From Nemertoderma westbladi (lineage: Eukaryota > Animalia > Xenacoelomorpha), in the NCBI GenBank assembly GCA_032718475.1, contig JAUCBJ010000668.1, positions 70,994-134,993 of the forward strand: a stretch of 64,000 nucleotides of DNA. The letters are read 5' to 3'. Of the stretch, positions 39,901 through 54,900 are shown in pieces. A program made the translations under genes and the position numbers. The notes below the pieces were generated by a model, which saw only the letters and a program-made list of their open reading frames with translations, had not been told where the DNA came from and searched no databases. Every line of letters begins with the position of its first letter. Position 1 is the stretch's first letter.

Positions 39901-42900
39901 TCGAAACTGGGATGAAGATAACCACTCCGAAAATAGACCCAATGTTCTGCTACGCTTTTCAAGAAATAGTCCCCTTTTTCACTCTGACGAACCTCAAACA
40001 ACTGGATAAAGTGAAATTCACCTTCCTAAAACGTCAACTTGGTTTATCAAAATACTCCTCGTCCACCTTAGCTATGAAGATAGTTGGTTGTAAATCATAC
40101 GTAGAAAACCTAAATTTGAAATATCCGTGAATTTTTGATCAAACGGTGTTAGAACAATATAGGTTAAATAGACGACAGAGGAGGAATCGTTTAGCGACAA
40201 CAACTTCTTAGAAGGACCGGCATTTACCTCGCAGGGTTGGAGCGCCCCGGGCCAAAGGAACCGGCATAGTATTATGAGGGCCACCGCCCATGGCTTCCAC
40301 TGGAAACTATGTAGTGACATAACGCCATTTCACGAACTGGGCCCAACCTGTTAGGTAAATACTGTGGAGGCAGTGCGAGTGAGAGATATCACTTATTTAG
40401 CTGTGGGTCCTGTCCAGCTCTCTCGGCTCTGGGAAACTCTTAAGTGAATGAATACAGACCCCCCCCCCCCCCCCCCTCCCCTCTTTTTAACATTTTAGAA
40501 CCTATTTTATATTTTAAATTTAAAATTAACTTATACAATCCTAATATTTTAAATACTCTGATTTTAATTTAAATTTAACTATACTCTGATAAATGTCATT
40601 TTAATGTAATAAAGATTAAATTTACCCCGTACGGGGGTGTATATTTCTAAAAAAAAAACATAATAATATACACAAATAACATAACAAATAAATATTATAT
40701 TGTAGAATATTCTTCTTGCTTTTAGAGGTAAATAAATTGAAAATTCAATTTATAATTCAGTAAATTAATTATTTTTTTAACAATTTAATTAACAATTTGT
40801 CTGGAATTGTGAACATGCCACACAGCTGTACATATTAATAGTACACAAAAAAACACACCAATAATTCACGTTTGGGGGGCTTACTGCTTTAAATTAAATT
40901 AATTTTTTAAACCCTCTATAGCTGGTGTTTGCGGTCATTTTGCGCCATAATCCCCCCCCCCCCCCCCCACCCCCCGCGATTGGCTGTAACACAAAACAGC
41001 GGTAGCCGTATGCTAAGCTTGTTTTACTTCGTAGTTCGCCCCTAAAACACCTAGCCATTTATGACTGTTACCTAGCAACCTAAACACGGGGGAAATTTAA
41101 AACGTTTACGACGTTACCAATTAGGCAAACTACAGTACCGGTACTGGTTATGCCTGACTGAGACTGACCAGACAGCCAACTATCCGACCAACGCTGAGTT
41201 GTGCAAACACCCCGAATAATTAGCAACAATAAAATCATTAGTAGATTACAATGAATCACCACCGCAGGTTGGAGGTGTGCGGCACGCGGCCTCCGTACCG
41301 GGACGGACGCCGTGAACGCGCCGTCAAGGTGTTTACCGTCGCCGACGAATCTCTCTACCTACTGGTCCATCGTGTCCCTACAGTAGCGCCTATAGAGGAC
41401 CTCCTAAAACTCTTTGGTAAATTTGGCAACATCTCGCACCACGAACGGAGAGAACAAGAGTTATCCACCACAGACAACGAGTTCACACAGACGTTCCTTA
41501 TAAAGTTCTCGAGTTTACTCGGAGCTGGGTTCGCTCGGCGACGACTCGACGACTTTAACTTCTTCGGTGGATTCATCCACGTCACTTACGCCCCGGAACT
41601 GGAGTCTCTTGCAGAAACGCGCGATAAATTCTTAACTCGTTCTCGTCGGGTTGTCCATCACATAGAGCGGCTCCGTCGGGAAAAGGCGGGAAATTTGAAT
41701 AGCGGAGTTCGAGGGAAGAAAATAACTGGAGAAGGTGGTCGGTTAATCTCGAGAAAACGCGATAAAAATTCATCGGTATTGAACAAAAATGTTCCTTTGC
41801 AACGTCCGACAAATACGTCCGACTCTACGACCGATTCTAATGCACTGGAAATAGCGGAAACATCCGAAGTATATTCCCGCAAGGAAACATCCTCTCCAAG
41901 GACTCCCATTCCGCCAATACTTGATGTTGCACTTAATCCTCGAAACAATGTAAACCCTCCGGCTATTGGTCACGCTGTCGACCAATCAAAGTACTCCGCC
42001 TACCACGGCGGTGATAGACTATTGACAAGTAAAATCCAACCTAAAGCTTTTACGCTTACCGAAAACAATTCGGTTACTATTGTTACTGGAAAGGTTAAGA
42101 GACCTAATAAAGTACAAAAGAGTAATCGGGGTGGACACAATAGGGGGTGTTGGAGCTGGAGGAAACGGGAGGTTTCGGATCACAAGATAGATCCCAACCA
42201 GACAGTAGGAAAGTCGGACAAAGTGTCAGACCCCAATCGGTCTATCGGAAAGTCACACAAAGTGTCAGACCCGCGTCTATTCCTACCACGTATTTTATCT
42301 CTCAGCAGCAGGAAACACCCATAGAAATAGTCACTTATTTTATGTGAATATCGAAACATTACAGTTACACGGCAGTTTGAATGGGTTAGAGGTTATGTGA
42401 TATTTATTTGTTATTACAGTTTAGCTTATAAAAAATAGTGGAGCGAGCCACGAAAGTAAGCGAGCTTATTATATGGCTACCACTATCTCAACCTGGGTGT
42501 CGTGTCTATCGGTCGGTTTGTCTGTATGTCTAATCTTTGAAATGTTCTCCTCAGGAACACTCCATTTCCTTAAAGTAGTAGGGTTCTATGAAAAAAAATT
42601 CAGATATCGAAAGATTCCGTACAGACAGACTTCTACAGGTCGTCTGTCGGCAGCAATGGGGGTTACATGTCTAAATATTAAATATCCTCCCTTTTCTTTA
42701 CTTTTAATCCGTTCAAGCAGAATGCGTCACGATATATATGTACTACCTAATGAAGTTGATAATACATTTCATACCTCATGGTGTGAAGTAGCACTTTTAT
42801 TACGTATTACAGTCGGGTAGGTTGCTCTCGTCTATATTAATATGTGAGTGACCCCAAAAAACTTATGATTTATAAAACGAGTTATACTGTAACATAAGGT

Positions 42901-45900
42901 GTCCGATATTTCGCTACATGCTAAATATTCTGCACGAACCTATTGCACCAGTCTAGATATATTTTTTCTCATCCGCACTAACCTATTGCACCAGTCTAGA
43001 TATATTTTTTCTCATCCGCACTAACCTATTGCACCAGTCTAGATATATTTTTTCTCATCCGCACTAACCTATTGCACCAGTCTAGATATATTTTATCTCA
43101 TCCGCACTAACCTATTGCACCAGTCGAGATATATTTTCCTCATCCGCACTAACCTATTGCACCAGTCTAGATATATTTTTCCTCATCCGCACTAACCTAT
43201 TGCACCAGTCTAGATATATTTTATCTCATCCGCACTAACCTATTGCACCAGTCTAGATATATTTTATCTCATCCGCACTAACCTATTGCACCAGTCTAGA
43301 TATATTTTATCTCATCCGCACTAACCTATTGCACCAGTCTAGATATATTTTTTCTCATCCGCACTAACCTATTGCACCAGTCTAGATATAGTTTTTCTCA
43401 TCCGCACTAACCTATTGCACCAGTCTAGATATATTTTTTCTCATCCACTAACCTATTGCATCAGTCTAGTCTAGATATATTTTTCCTCATCCACTAACCT
43501 ATTGCACCTGTCTAGATATATTTGTTCTCATCCGCACTAACCTATTGCACCAGTCTAGATATAGTTTTTCTCATCCGCACTAACCTATTGCATCAGTCTA
43601 GATATATTTTATCTCATCCGCACTAACCTATTGCACCAGTCTAGATATATTTTTTCTCATCCGCACTAACCTATTGCACCAGTCTAGATATAGTTTTTCT
43701 CATCCGCACTAAGCTATTGCACCAGTCTAGATATATTTTTACTCATCCACTAACCTATTGCACCAGTCTAGATATATTTTTTCTCATCCGCACTAACCTA
43801 TTGCACCAGTCTATATATATTTTTCCTCATCCGCACTAACTTATTGCACCAGTCTAGATATATTTTTTCTCATCCGCACTAATCTATTGCACCAGTCTAG
43901 ATATATTTTTTCTCATCCGCACTAACCTATTGCATCAGTCTAGATATAATTTTTCTCATCCGCAATAACCTATTGCACCAGTCTAGATATAATTTTTCTT
44001 ATCCGCACTAACCTATTGCAACAGTCTAGATATATTTTTACTCATCCGCACTAGCCCATTGCACCAGTCGAGATATATTTTTCCTCATCCGCACTAGCCC
44101 ATTGCAACAGTCTAGATATATTTTTACTCATCCGCACTAGCCCATTGCACCAGTCGAGATATATTTTTCCTCATCCGCACTAACCTATTGCACCAGTCTA
44201 GATATATATTTTTTCTCATCCGCACTAACCTATTGCACCAGTCTAGATATATTTTTCCTCATCCACACTAACCTATTGCAACAGTCTAGATATATTTTTA
44301 CTCATCCGCACTAGCCCATTGCACCAGTCGAGATATATTTTTCCTCATCCGCACTAACCTATTGCACCAGTCTAGATATATTTTTCCTCATCCACACTAA
44401 CCTATTGCAACAGTCTAGATATATTTTTACTCATCCGCACTAGCCCATTGCACCAGTCGAGATATATTTTTCCTCATCCGCACTAACCTATTGCACCAGT
44501 CTAGATATATTTTTCCTCATCCACACTAACCTATTGCAACAGTCTAGATATATTTTTACTCATCCGCACTAGCCCATTGCACCAGTCGAGATATATTTTT
44601 CCTCATCCACTAACCTATTGCACCTGTCTAGATATATTTTTTCCCATCCGCACTAACCTATTGCACCAGTCGAGATATATTTTTTCTCATCCGCACTAAG
44701 CTATTGCACCAGTCTAGATATATTTTTCCTCATCCACTAACCTATTGCACCTGTCTAGATATATTTTTTCCCATCCGCACTAACCTATTGCACCAGTCGA
44801 GATATATTTTTCCTCATCCGCACTAACCTATTGCACCAGTCTAGATATATTTTTACTCATCCGCACTAGCCCATTGCACCAGTCGAGATATATTTTTCCT
44901 CATCCGCACTAACCTATTGCACCAGTCTAGATATATTTTTCCTCATCCACACTAACCTATTGCAACAGTCTAGATATATTTTTACTCATCCGCACTAGCC
45001 CATTGCACCAGTCGAGATATATTTTTCCTCATCCGCACTAACCTATTGCACCAGTCTAGATATATTTTTCCTCATCCACACTAACCTATTGCAACAGTCT
45101 AGATATATTTTTACTCATCCGCACTAGCCCATTGCACCAGTCGAGATATATTTTTCCTCATCCGCACTAACCTATTGCACCTGTCTAGATATATTTTTTC
45201 CCATCCGCACTAACCTATTGCACCAGTCGAGATATATTTTTTCTCATCCGCACTAAGCTATTGCACCAGTCTAGATATATTTTTCCTCATCCACTAACCT
45301 ATTGCACCTGTCTAGATATATTTTTTCCCATCCGCACTAACCTATTGCACCAGTCGAGATATATTTTTCCTCATCCGCACTAACCTATTGCACCAGTCTA
45401 GATATATTTTTCCTCATCCACACTAACCTATTGCAACAGTCTAGATATATTTTTACTCATCCGCACTAGCCCATTGCACCAGTCGAGATATATTTTTCCT
45501 CATCCGCACTAACCTATTGCACCAGTCTAGATATATTTTTCCTCATCCACACTAACCTATTGCAACAGTCTAGATATATTTTTACTCATCCGCACTAGCC
45601 CATTGCACCAGTCGAGATATATTTTTCCTCATCCGCACTAACCTATTGCACCAGTCTAGATATAATTTTCCTCATCCGCACTAACCTATTGCACCAGTCT
45701 AGATATATTTTTCCTCATCCGCACTAACCTATTGCACCAGTCTAGATATATTTTTCCTCATCCACACTAACCTATTGCACCAGTCTAGATATATTTTTCC
45801 TCATCCGCACTAACCTATTGCACCAGTCTAGATATATTTTTCCTCATCCACACTAACCTATTGCAACAGTCTAGATATATTTTTACTCATCCGCACTAGC

Positions 45901-48900
45901 CTATTGCACCAGTCGAGATATATTTTTCCTCATCCGCACTAACCTATTGCACCTGTCTAGATATATTTTTTCCCATCCGCACTAACCTATTGCATCAGTC
46001 TAGATATATTTTTCCTCATCCACTAACCTATTGCATCAGTCTAGTCTAGATATATTTTTCCTCATCCACTAACCTATTGCACCTGTCTAGATATATTTTT
46101 TCCCATCCGCACTAACCTATTGCATCAGTCTAGATATATATTTTTCCTCATCCACTAACCTATTGCACCAGTCTAGATATATTTTTCCTCATCCACTAAC
46201 CTATTGCATCAGTCTAGTCTAGATATATTTTTCCTCATCCACTAACCTATTGCACCTGTCTAGATATATTTGTTCTCATCCGCACTAACCTATTGCACCA
46301 GTCTAGATATATTTTTCCTCATCCACACTAACCTATTGCAACAGTCTAGATATATTTTTACTCATCCGCACTAGCCCATTGCACCAGTCGAGATATATTT
46401 TTCCTCATCCGCACTAACCTATTGCACCAGTCTAGATATATTTTTCCTCATCCGCACTAACCTATTGCACCAGTCTAGATATATTTTTCCTCATCCACAC
46501 TAACCTATTGCACCAGTCGAGATATATTTTTCCTCATCCGCACTAACCTATTGCACCAGTCTAGATATATTTTTCCTCATCCGCACTAACCTATTGCACC
46601 AGTCTAGATATATTTTTTCTCATCCGCACTAACCTATTGCATCAGTCTAGATATAATTTTTCTCATCCGCACTAAGCTATTGCACCAGTCGAGATATATT
46701 TTTTCTCATCCGCACTAACCTATTGCATCAGTCTAGATATATTTTTTCTCATCCGCACTAACCTATTGCATCAGTCTAGATATAATTTTTCTCATCCGCA
46801 ATAACCTATTGCACCAGTCTAGATATATTTTTCCTCATCCACTAACCTATTGCACCAGTCTAGATATAATTTTTCTTATCCGCACTAACCTATTGCAACA
46901 GTCTAGATATATTTTTCCTCATCCACTAACCTATTGCACCAGTCTAGATATATTTTTTCCCATCCGCACTAACCTATTGCATCAGTCTAGATATATTTTT
47001 CCTCATCCACTAACCTATTGCATCAGTCTAGTCTAGATATATTTTTCCTCATCCACTAACCTATTGCACCTGTCTAGATATATTTTTTCCCATCCGCACT
47101 AACCTATTGCATCAGTCTAGATATATATTTTTCCTCATCCACTAACCTATTGCACCAGTCTAGATATATTTTTCCTCATCCACACTAACCTATTGCAACA
47201 GTCTAGATATATTTTTTCTCATCCGCACTAAGCTATTGCACCAGTCTAGATATATTTTTCCTCATCCACTAACCTATTGCACCAGTCTAGATATAATTTT
47301 TCTCATCCGCACTAACCTATTGCACCAGTCTAGATACATTTTTTCATCATCCGTTAGTTGTAATGCTCTGCGCTTCGCTTGCTCATATAACTTTGAACTT
47401 CTATCGGAAAGAAGACCCAGCTGAATGATATCCGGTGGGTGTTTCTGTACTAACAGATGACTGTTTACGCTCACCATAGTCCTAAAGATACATAAACAAA
47501 ATTGATGATAATTATAAACAGGGCAAGAGAAGATACGTCGTCTGCACTAGTGTTTAAACGGGATCCCGAAGTGTTATTTATTGATTTAGGGGAGTTAAAA
47601 TGGTTAAACCAATGAGGTATATTGCTTTTGCGTTTGCCTTGTGTAATCAGGTTTATACTTGGATGCTGTATAACAATTGCAATTGTCTGTAATTGACCCA
47701 ATTTAAACTATTTTAGGGGGGGGGGGGGGGGGGGGGTTGATTTCGACGCAATAAAATTGCATCCCTCTCAATGTAGTAGTAACCTTTTCCTTAATTTATA
47801 ATTTAACGAGATATAATATTTCGATTAGATTATTACCATTATTACACTGTAAATGTGTGCTCCTGCACATTAATGTTATTGCAATAATATACATTATGTT
47901 TGCAACGATAAATTTATAGATTACTTTCTGCTGTACAATATCCTTTACCGGTCGTAAAATAAACATAAACTTATATTTGTATTTATATTTATTTATATGT
48001 GTTAATTCTTATCTCTGGTAATTGGTTAATCAATAAATAAATAACCTTTTAATATAATCGGTAATCGTACTCATTATAAGTGGAAAAGGTCACATGATAT
48101 CCAAAGGAACCCACTGATATAATGTAACCCAAACCCAACAAAATTAATCATTGTAAGTCAAGTAGTCGACGAAACGGCGGTTTTCGATCACACCACGTGG
48201 CTCGCACCATTAACTCAGTTAATCTGTGCATTGAACCAAAACCTACCGTGAGTGAGTGTGGCTGGCACAAGTCCATCTCCGTACTACTATTGTATGTGTA
48301 TAAATATATACAGTTAATACATTATATCAATAGTTAAGTAATCAATGCCGATAACATTATACATTAATCACCTTTTGATAGTAAGTAAGTAAGTAAGTAA
48401 GTAAGTACCTTTGAACTTTGAATTTCTCTTTGAAGAGTTCATTTATTGCATAAATATAGTTCGAACTTTTTATAATATTAACTTATTAATATTATGTTGT
48501 AATAACTATTTACATACTTGTGTGTAAAGTAGCACTTTACAGTGTGATGATCCGAGTGGCTTTGTTACACGAACAAACGTTAGTGAGTGAGTGAAAATAA
48601 AGCCACGAGGAACAGAACACTGTAAAGTACTTTGCAACAAGTATGTACTGTATGTAGTTTTATTTCAAAATTGTAACATTACGAAAAGATATATTAAGTG
48701 ATAGTAGTAGGGTCTTGGCCGGCTCTGCGACAGTTAGACCTCACTGACACCCATTGGGTGTCATATGACACCCAATTATCACCCTATGGGTGTCATTGGG
48801 TGTCATTGGCGCCAGACTGTCTGGGTGACACCTCCCAATTAGGCTAATTAGACCCTAATTGACAGGTGTCATCAATTAATTAGTACAATTAAACCCTAAC

Positions 48901-51900
48901 AGGTGTCATATGACTCCTAATTAGGGTTTAATTGATTATCCTAATTAATCAGACTGATTAGCGCCCTGACACACAATGGGTCATCAGTGATGTCTAACTG
49001 TCGCAGAGCCGGCTCAAGAGGGTGTCATAAGTGACACCGCAGCTCTTTTATTCATTAATACTTATTTATTTATATTTAATTTTAATTAATTGTACTTTAT
49101 TTTACTTTATTTATTCATTTGTACTTTATTTTATATTAATTATTCATTTGTACTTTATGGGTATACAGCTCCCTTACTGGTAACTAATTACTCTTATCTA
49201 TATCCAGACAGCTTTTTCGTTGACCTTTGACCTTTGACCCCTCAATTAGCTTTAACCAAGCAACAGCATATTAATGATAGTTGTATCCAAGCGCCCCTGC
49301 CCCCACCCCGTGACAGCTCTGATTACTAATTACTCTTACATATATCCAACCGCCTGCAGTTCCATAGTCTGCCGCTAGAGGGCGTATTATCTGAAAATTA
49401 ACATCTTCTCTAACTTTGTTATTTTCAATTTAACTATTTATTTGTACCTAATTTTAATTAATTATTTGTATTCTATTTGACTTTATTTATTCATTTGTAC
49501 TTTATTTTAAATTAATTAATTGTATTACTTTTATTTTATACATTGATTTCTATTTTTAGATTAATTAGTTTTTATATTACCAATGAGATCACTATGACAT
49601 AATGTCTATTTTTAGCTCTATGGTTTATAGATCCCTTATCGTTAACTTTATAATCTTTCCTCTCGCGGCCCCTTTGTCTTCGTTATTCAATGGCGCCATT
49701 CTGTCTACCATTGAATAACATTGGGCAATCATTATCTCGCCTGATGTGACGTCATCAAAGCTGCTCTCTGATTGGTTTAATTATACAGTCTTTTCTCCCT
49801 CCTGTTCCCTGATTGGCTAACCCATTCTAGCCCCCTCTATAATAGCCCCCGTTCACCACATTCCCAATCATTGTCTCTTTGTTTTCCTGAAAAGTTTTAA
49901 TTATTTTCGTAAAAGTATTTATTTATTTTTATTTCCTAAACGAGTTACCGGTACACAATCACGATGGCACATTCAGAAATCAGCTATTCAAGCAACGATC
50001 TGGTTTGCAACGAAAATCAGTTTATGCTACAAGACAACTCGTTTGGTCTATATTTCGATTCGGCGAACAAACTCTTCCCGTTAACGATAAATACAACCTT
50101 AAACCAACCCATCCCGATTCCGGCAAACTACGCGCACTTTATTTTCCGCGCCTGCTACGAACTTCACGATGGACAATATCAAACCCTCGACGATAATAAA
50201 CTTCATTCCTCCAACCACGGTTTCAAACTTTTAAAAAGGGACAACAAAATCACGTTCAATCTAACTACTTCGCCCGAGACGTTTACGATTCCAACTAGTA
50301 TAGTCGATTTTATTCGAGAAAACATCAACCAAGATGTGGCAAATCGTCTACTGGGTTTAACCACTCTCGTAACCTCCTTCTTCTCCGATGATCGCTTATT
50401 TGATTTTCATAGTATCGCAAACTCGATTCTTCTTCTCATCTGGAACTCGTCGACTCCGACCGAGGAAGAGGAGACTCGTTTCTTTAAACTTTTCGATAAG
50501 GATGTTCTCACTTTCGGCGAGAAATTGAATGAGCTCACATGCTTTTTTGCCAATAAAGTCTCCTATTACTTTGGATTCAATTATAGAGTTGGCACCTATG
50601 GAAGTATTAACCCACTGAATCCACTCGAGTTAATAAAGCTGGAAGACACTGTAAACAGTTCATGGATCACCTTTTCCGTCGCCTGCGCCAATTTATTTCA
50701 ACAATATGTAAACATCTGTCGCCCTTTTATTAATCCTACTACTCACCTTGTCCTAAAACCGGGCAATTGGGTTGCTTTTGACTATTGCACTTTTGGGTTT
50801 GTTACAAATATTCGGAACGAACGCAATTTAGCGATCACCAATGGCTACAGGGTTGACGATGGAAAGGCTATTGTTTCTTCTAGGGGCATGATTCTTCTTA
50901 CACCAAGCGAGGTCGGCGAATTGAAATGGTTCGTTTCAACCTTCGAGGATAGTGAATGTGTCTGCTACGATGAACTTAACGTATACAAAGACAACATTTC
51001 CGAGCGAATATCGATACAAAGTTGTATCAGTGATTCAGAAATTGATTTACAGATAATCGAGAGAAAATTTAACGAATCCTTTACTATAGCTAACACGATT
51101 CAAGCGCGCGAGGCTCTAATCAGATTCAAGGCTATGGCTATACAATTTGCTTTCAAACCAAAGCAGATTACGATCCCCAATCACCAGCGCTATCTCATAA
51201 ATAGCAGTATCGCAGCCTTTATCTATAAGTTCAAATCCGAAAAATATGTTGGTATCTGGCCCATTTTAATGAAAGACGAAGAGAATACCACTTTTCAGTT
51301 CACCAACGGTCTCAATATTAGGGGCAGCGATTTTCTCACGATAAATATAACCAACCCACCCAACTCTCACTACTATCTCAGTCCTTACATTCATATCAAG
51401 AACAAACCAGCAGAAATTATATTCACCAATACGAAAAATACCAACACTATCACCCTATCCAACGACTTTACCATCGCGCGCCTTTTCGAATTACTAAAAC
51501 GTTCTCTCAGAGAAGGCATCTTTCTCCCGCAGCAAACACACCTTAATCTATTTCACCTCCCAAGAAAAGGCTATCTCAACAAACTATTAAAGAGAAAATT
51601 ATCGCAACCATTAATAGTATCGGACCCTAAAAGGGTTAAACCAGTTATTCTCGGAGACCAGCAACCCTATTAATATAAACAGTCTCTATTTATTAAAAAC
51701 TGTTCTGATTATATCTTTTGTTAATGTTGATGTTCTATATTATTTATTATTAATGTTGTTGGTAAATTATTTATCCGTTGTTGTTATATTATTTAATATT
51801 GTTGTTGTCGATGAATTATTTATTCTTGTTTCCCCATAATGTTTAAAAAATATACGATGCTTAACCGGCTATTTTTCATTTTTCTCTACTAGTTAATCTA

Positions 51901-54900
51901 TACTATGAGAGCGAGCCATGAAATAAGTGAGTCTCAGCATAGCATTAATGACCCCTACTGCTTCTTCGTAATCAATTTGAATGTTAACCCCTAAGGCATA
52001 GACTATGCCTCACTGGGGCACTGAGGCATAGACTATGACTCACTGAGGCGTAGACTATGCCTCACTGAGGCATAGACTATGCCTCACTGAGGCATAGACT
52101 ATGCCTCACTGAGGCACTGAGGCATAGACTATGCCTCACTGAGGCACAGACTATGCCTCACTGAGGCATTGAGGCATAGACTATGACTCACTGAGGCATA
52201 GACTATGCCTCACTGAGGCACTGAGGCATAGACTATGACTCACCGAGGCATAGACTATGCCTCACTCAGTGCCTCGACTATGCCTCACTGAGGCACTGAG
52301 GCATAGACTATGACTCACTGAGGCATAGACTATGCCTCACTGAGGCATTGAGGCATAGACTATGACTCACTGAGGCATAGACTATGCCTCACTGAGGCAC
52401 TGAGGCATAGACTATGACTCACCGAGGCATAGACTATGCCTCACTCAGTGCCTCACTGAGGCACTGAGGCATAGACTATGCCTCACTGAGGCACAGACTA
52501 TGCCTCACTGAGGCATTGAGGCATAGACTATGACTCACTGAGGCATAGACTATGCCTCACTGAGGCACTGAGGCATAGACTATGACTCACCGAGGCATAG
52601 ACTATGCCTCACTCAGTGCCTCGACTATGCCTCACTGAGGCACTGAGGCATAGACTATGACTCACTGAGGGATAGACTATGCCTCACTGAGGCATTGAGG
52701 CATAGACTATGACTCACTGAGGCATAGACTATGCCTCACTGAGGCACTGAGGCATAGACTATGACTCACCGAGGCATAGACTATGCCTCACTCAGTGCCT
52801 CACTGAGGCACTGAGGCATAGACTCTGCCTCACTGAGACATAGACTATGCCTCACTGAGGCACTGAGGCATAGTCTATACCTCACTTCAATATACGAGCA
52901 CAAAAGAGTTTACAAGCACAGGTTCAAGTCCAACTACAGCTCTATATATTTTGCATTGAAGTGGAATACGTTAGATGCTGGGGGGAATCTGGTTTGCGAG
53001 GGATATTTGAATGGTGAGTATAACTATCCTTGAGAGTTAGTGTGACGTTATCTCACCATGGATGGGCGGGCGCTTTACCCCTGTACTCGCATCTGCTCTC
53101 TCATTGGCTGTTTAACTTTCCTCCCTCGAGTCCTGATTGGCTGCCTAACTCACCCTCGAACTCTGATTGGATAATCCATTATAGCTTCCCTCTATAATAG
53201 CCCTCGTTCAATGCATTCCCAGTCATTCTCTAAGTTTTATTTTAAAAAGTTTTATTTATTTTCATAAAAGTTTTATTTATTTGAAATTTGTAGAATAATT
53301 TAGCTAAAATTCAATATTTTCAATTGACATTGCTATATAATGCATAGACATGAAACTTGTTTGGTCTGTAATAAAGAAATGAGACAAGACAATTTATCTC
53401 GTCATATGGAAACACATGGAAAGGAAAAACTAATGGCTCCATCACCAAAAAAATTTAAAAAATCCGAAGATATTTTTAGTGAAGATGAAAAGAAAAAGAG
53501 AGATGAGCGTGATATATTAAATATAAAACAGACAATGGAAAGTAAATTTCATAAAGTTATGAATATTTTGAAAGGGATACAAAAACAGTTACCCCTAGAA
53601 AATGAAGAAAATTTGGGTGAGAAAGATGGAGAAGAAGAGGATGATGAGATGGAGAATGAAAATAGTGAGGGTCAGGATGAAGTTGAAGAGAGTGAAGTTG
53701 AGAACGATGAAAGTGAAGATCAGGAAGAGGATGAAGAAAGTGAAGTTCAAGAAGTGGGTGAAGATAGCGAAGGTCAGGAAGAGAATGAAGAAAGTGAAGA
53801 ACAGGAAGAGGATGAAGAAAGTGAAGAACAGGAAGACGATGAAGAAAGTGAAGGCGGGGAAGAGGATGAAGAAAGTGAAGGTCAGAAAGAGGGTGAAGAA
53901 AGTGAAGATCAGGAAAGCGGAGAAGAGGATGAAAATGATGATAATGAGGAAATAAAGAGGCAATTACTTGGAAATAAGAATCAATTGCGGAAAATTATTA
54001 AACATTTGAAGGAAAATGAAGAAAATAAAGAGGCGACATTGACCCAAGTCCTAGGAAGTAAAATTAAATTACAGAAATTTATTAAACATTTAGAAGAGAA
54101 TGATGAAAATAAAGAAGAGATATTGAGACAAATATTAGGAAACAAAAATCAAATGCGGAAATTTATTAAACAAATGGAAGAAAATGAGGAAAATAGAGAA
54201 GAGATATTAAGACAGGTTCTGGGAAATAAAAGTAAATTACTGAAAATTAATGAACAATTGAATAAAATTAAGAAACAGTTGGGTAACGAGGAAGATGAAA
54301 GTAAAGTAAATCAACCAGCTTTTACTAATTTTCGAAGACCTATGATAAAAAACTCTCGTTCAGTAAATGCCCGCGCAGGACGACGCTATTGACATTTGTT
54401 TGTTTGAGTTCCTTTCATAATAGTATTAGGGCTATTTATCCAAAACAATTATATTAGTATTAGGACTATTTATCCATAACAATTATATTAGTATTAGGAC
54501 TATTTATCCATAATAATTATATTAGTATTATAAATGTATTTACCCCACAATATTTATTACTATTAGGTCTATTTATTCAAGAAATTATATGTTTTTATAA
54601 TATACTTTGGAAAATTAGTCGACTAAGTCATAATTTTTAAAACTTTAAATACGGGTTGAGTTATTTTATAAAGTTAAGAAGAATGAACCAATAGAGGCAA
54701 CCTGAAGTCTAATCTCTTGGCCTTTACTCGTAAGACAACGCATTAACTCCCAAGGTTGCATACTATCACTATAGCTGGGAGAGTCAAAGATAGTGTATAC
54801 TAGAGTTAACCAAGAGCTAGAAAAAAGAATAATGCGCTTCCAGGGTTCGAACTCACATCCCTCCAATTAGAGAACTAAGCAAATGACCAGCTTGAAGACC

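Noticed and set aside
48515-48645. Short palindromic segments (also ~16870-17020) as a novel structure
   Set aside because: They look like common small non-autonomous palindromic repeats; there is insufficient evidence for family or function.
53595-53963. Phe/Ile-rich antisense ORF and Lys/Arg/Met-rich alternative-frame ORF
   Set aside because: Shadow frames of the GAA-rich acidic tract of ORF2.
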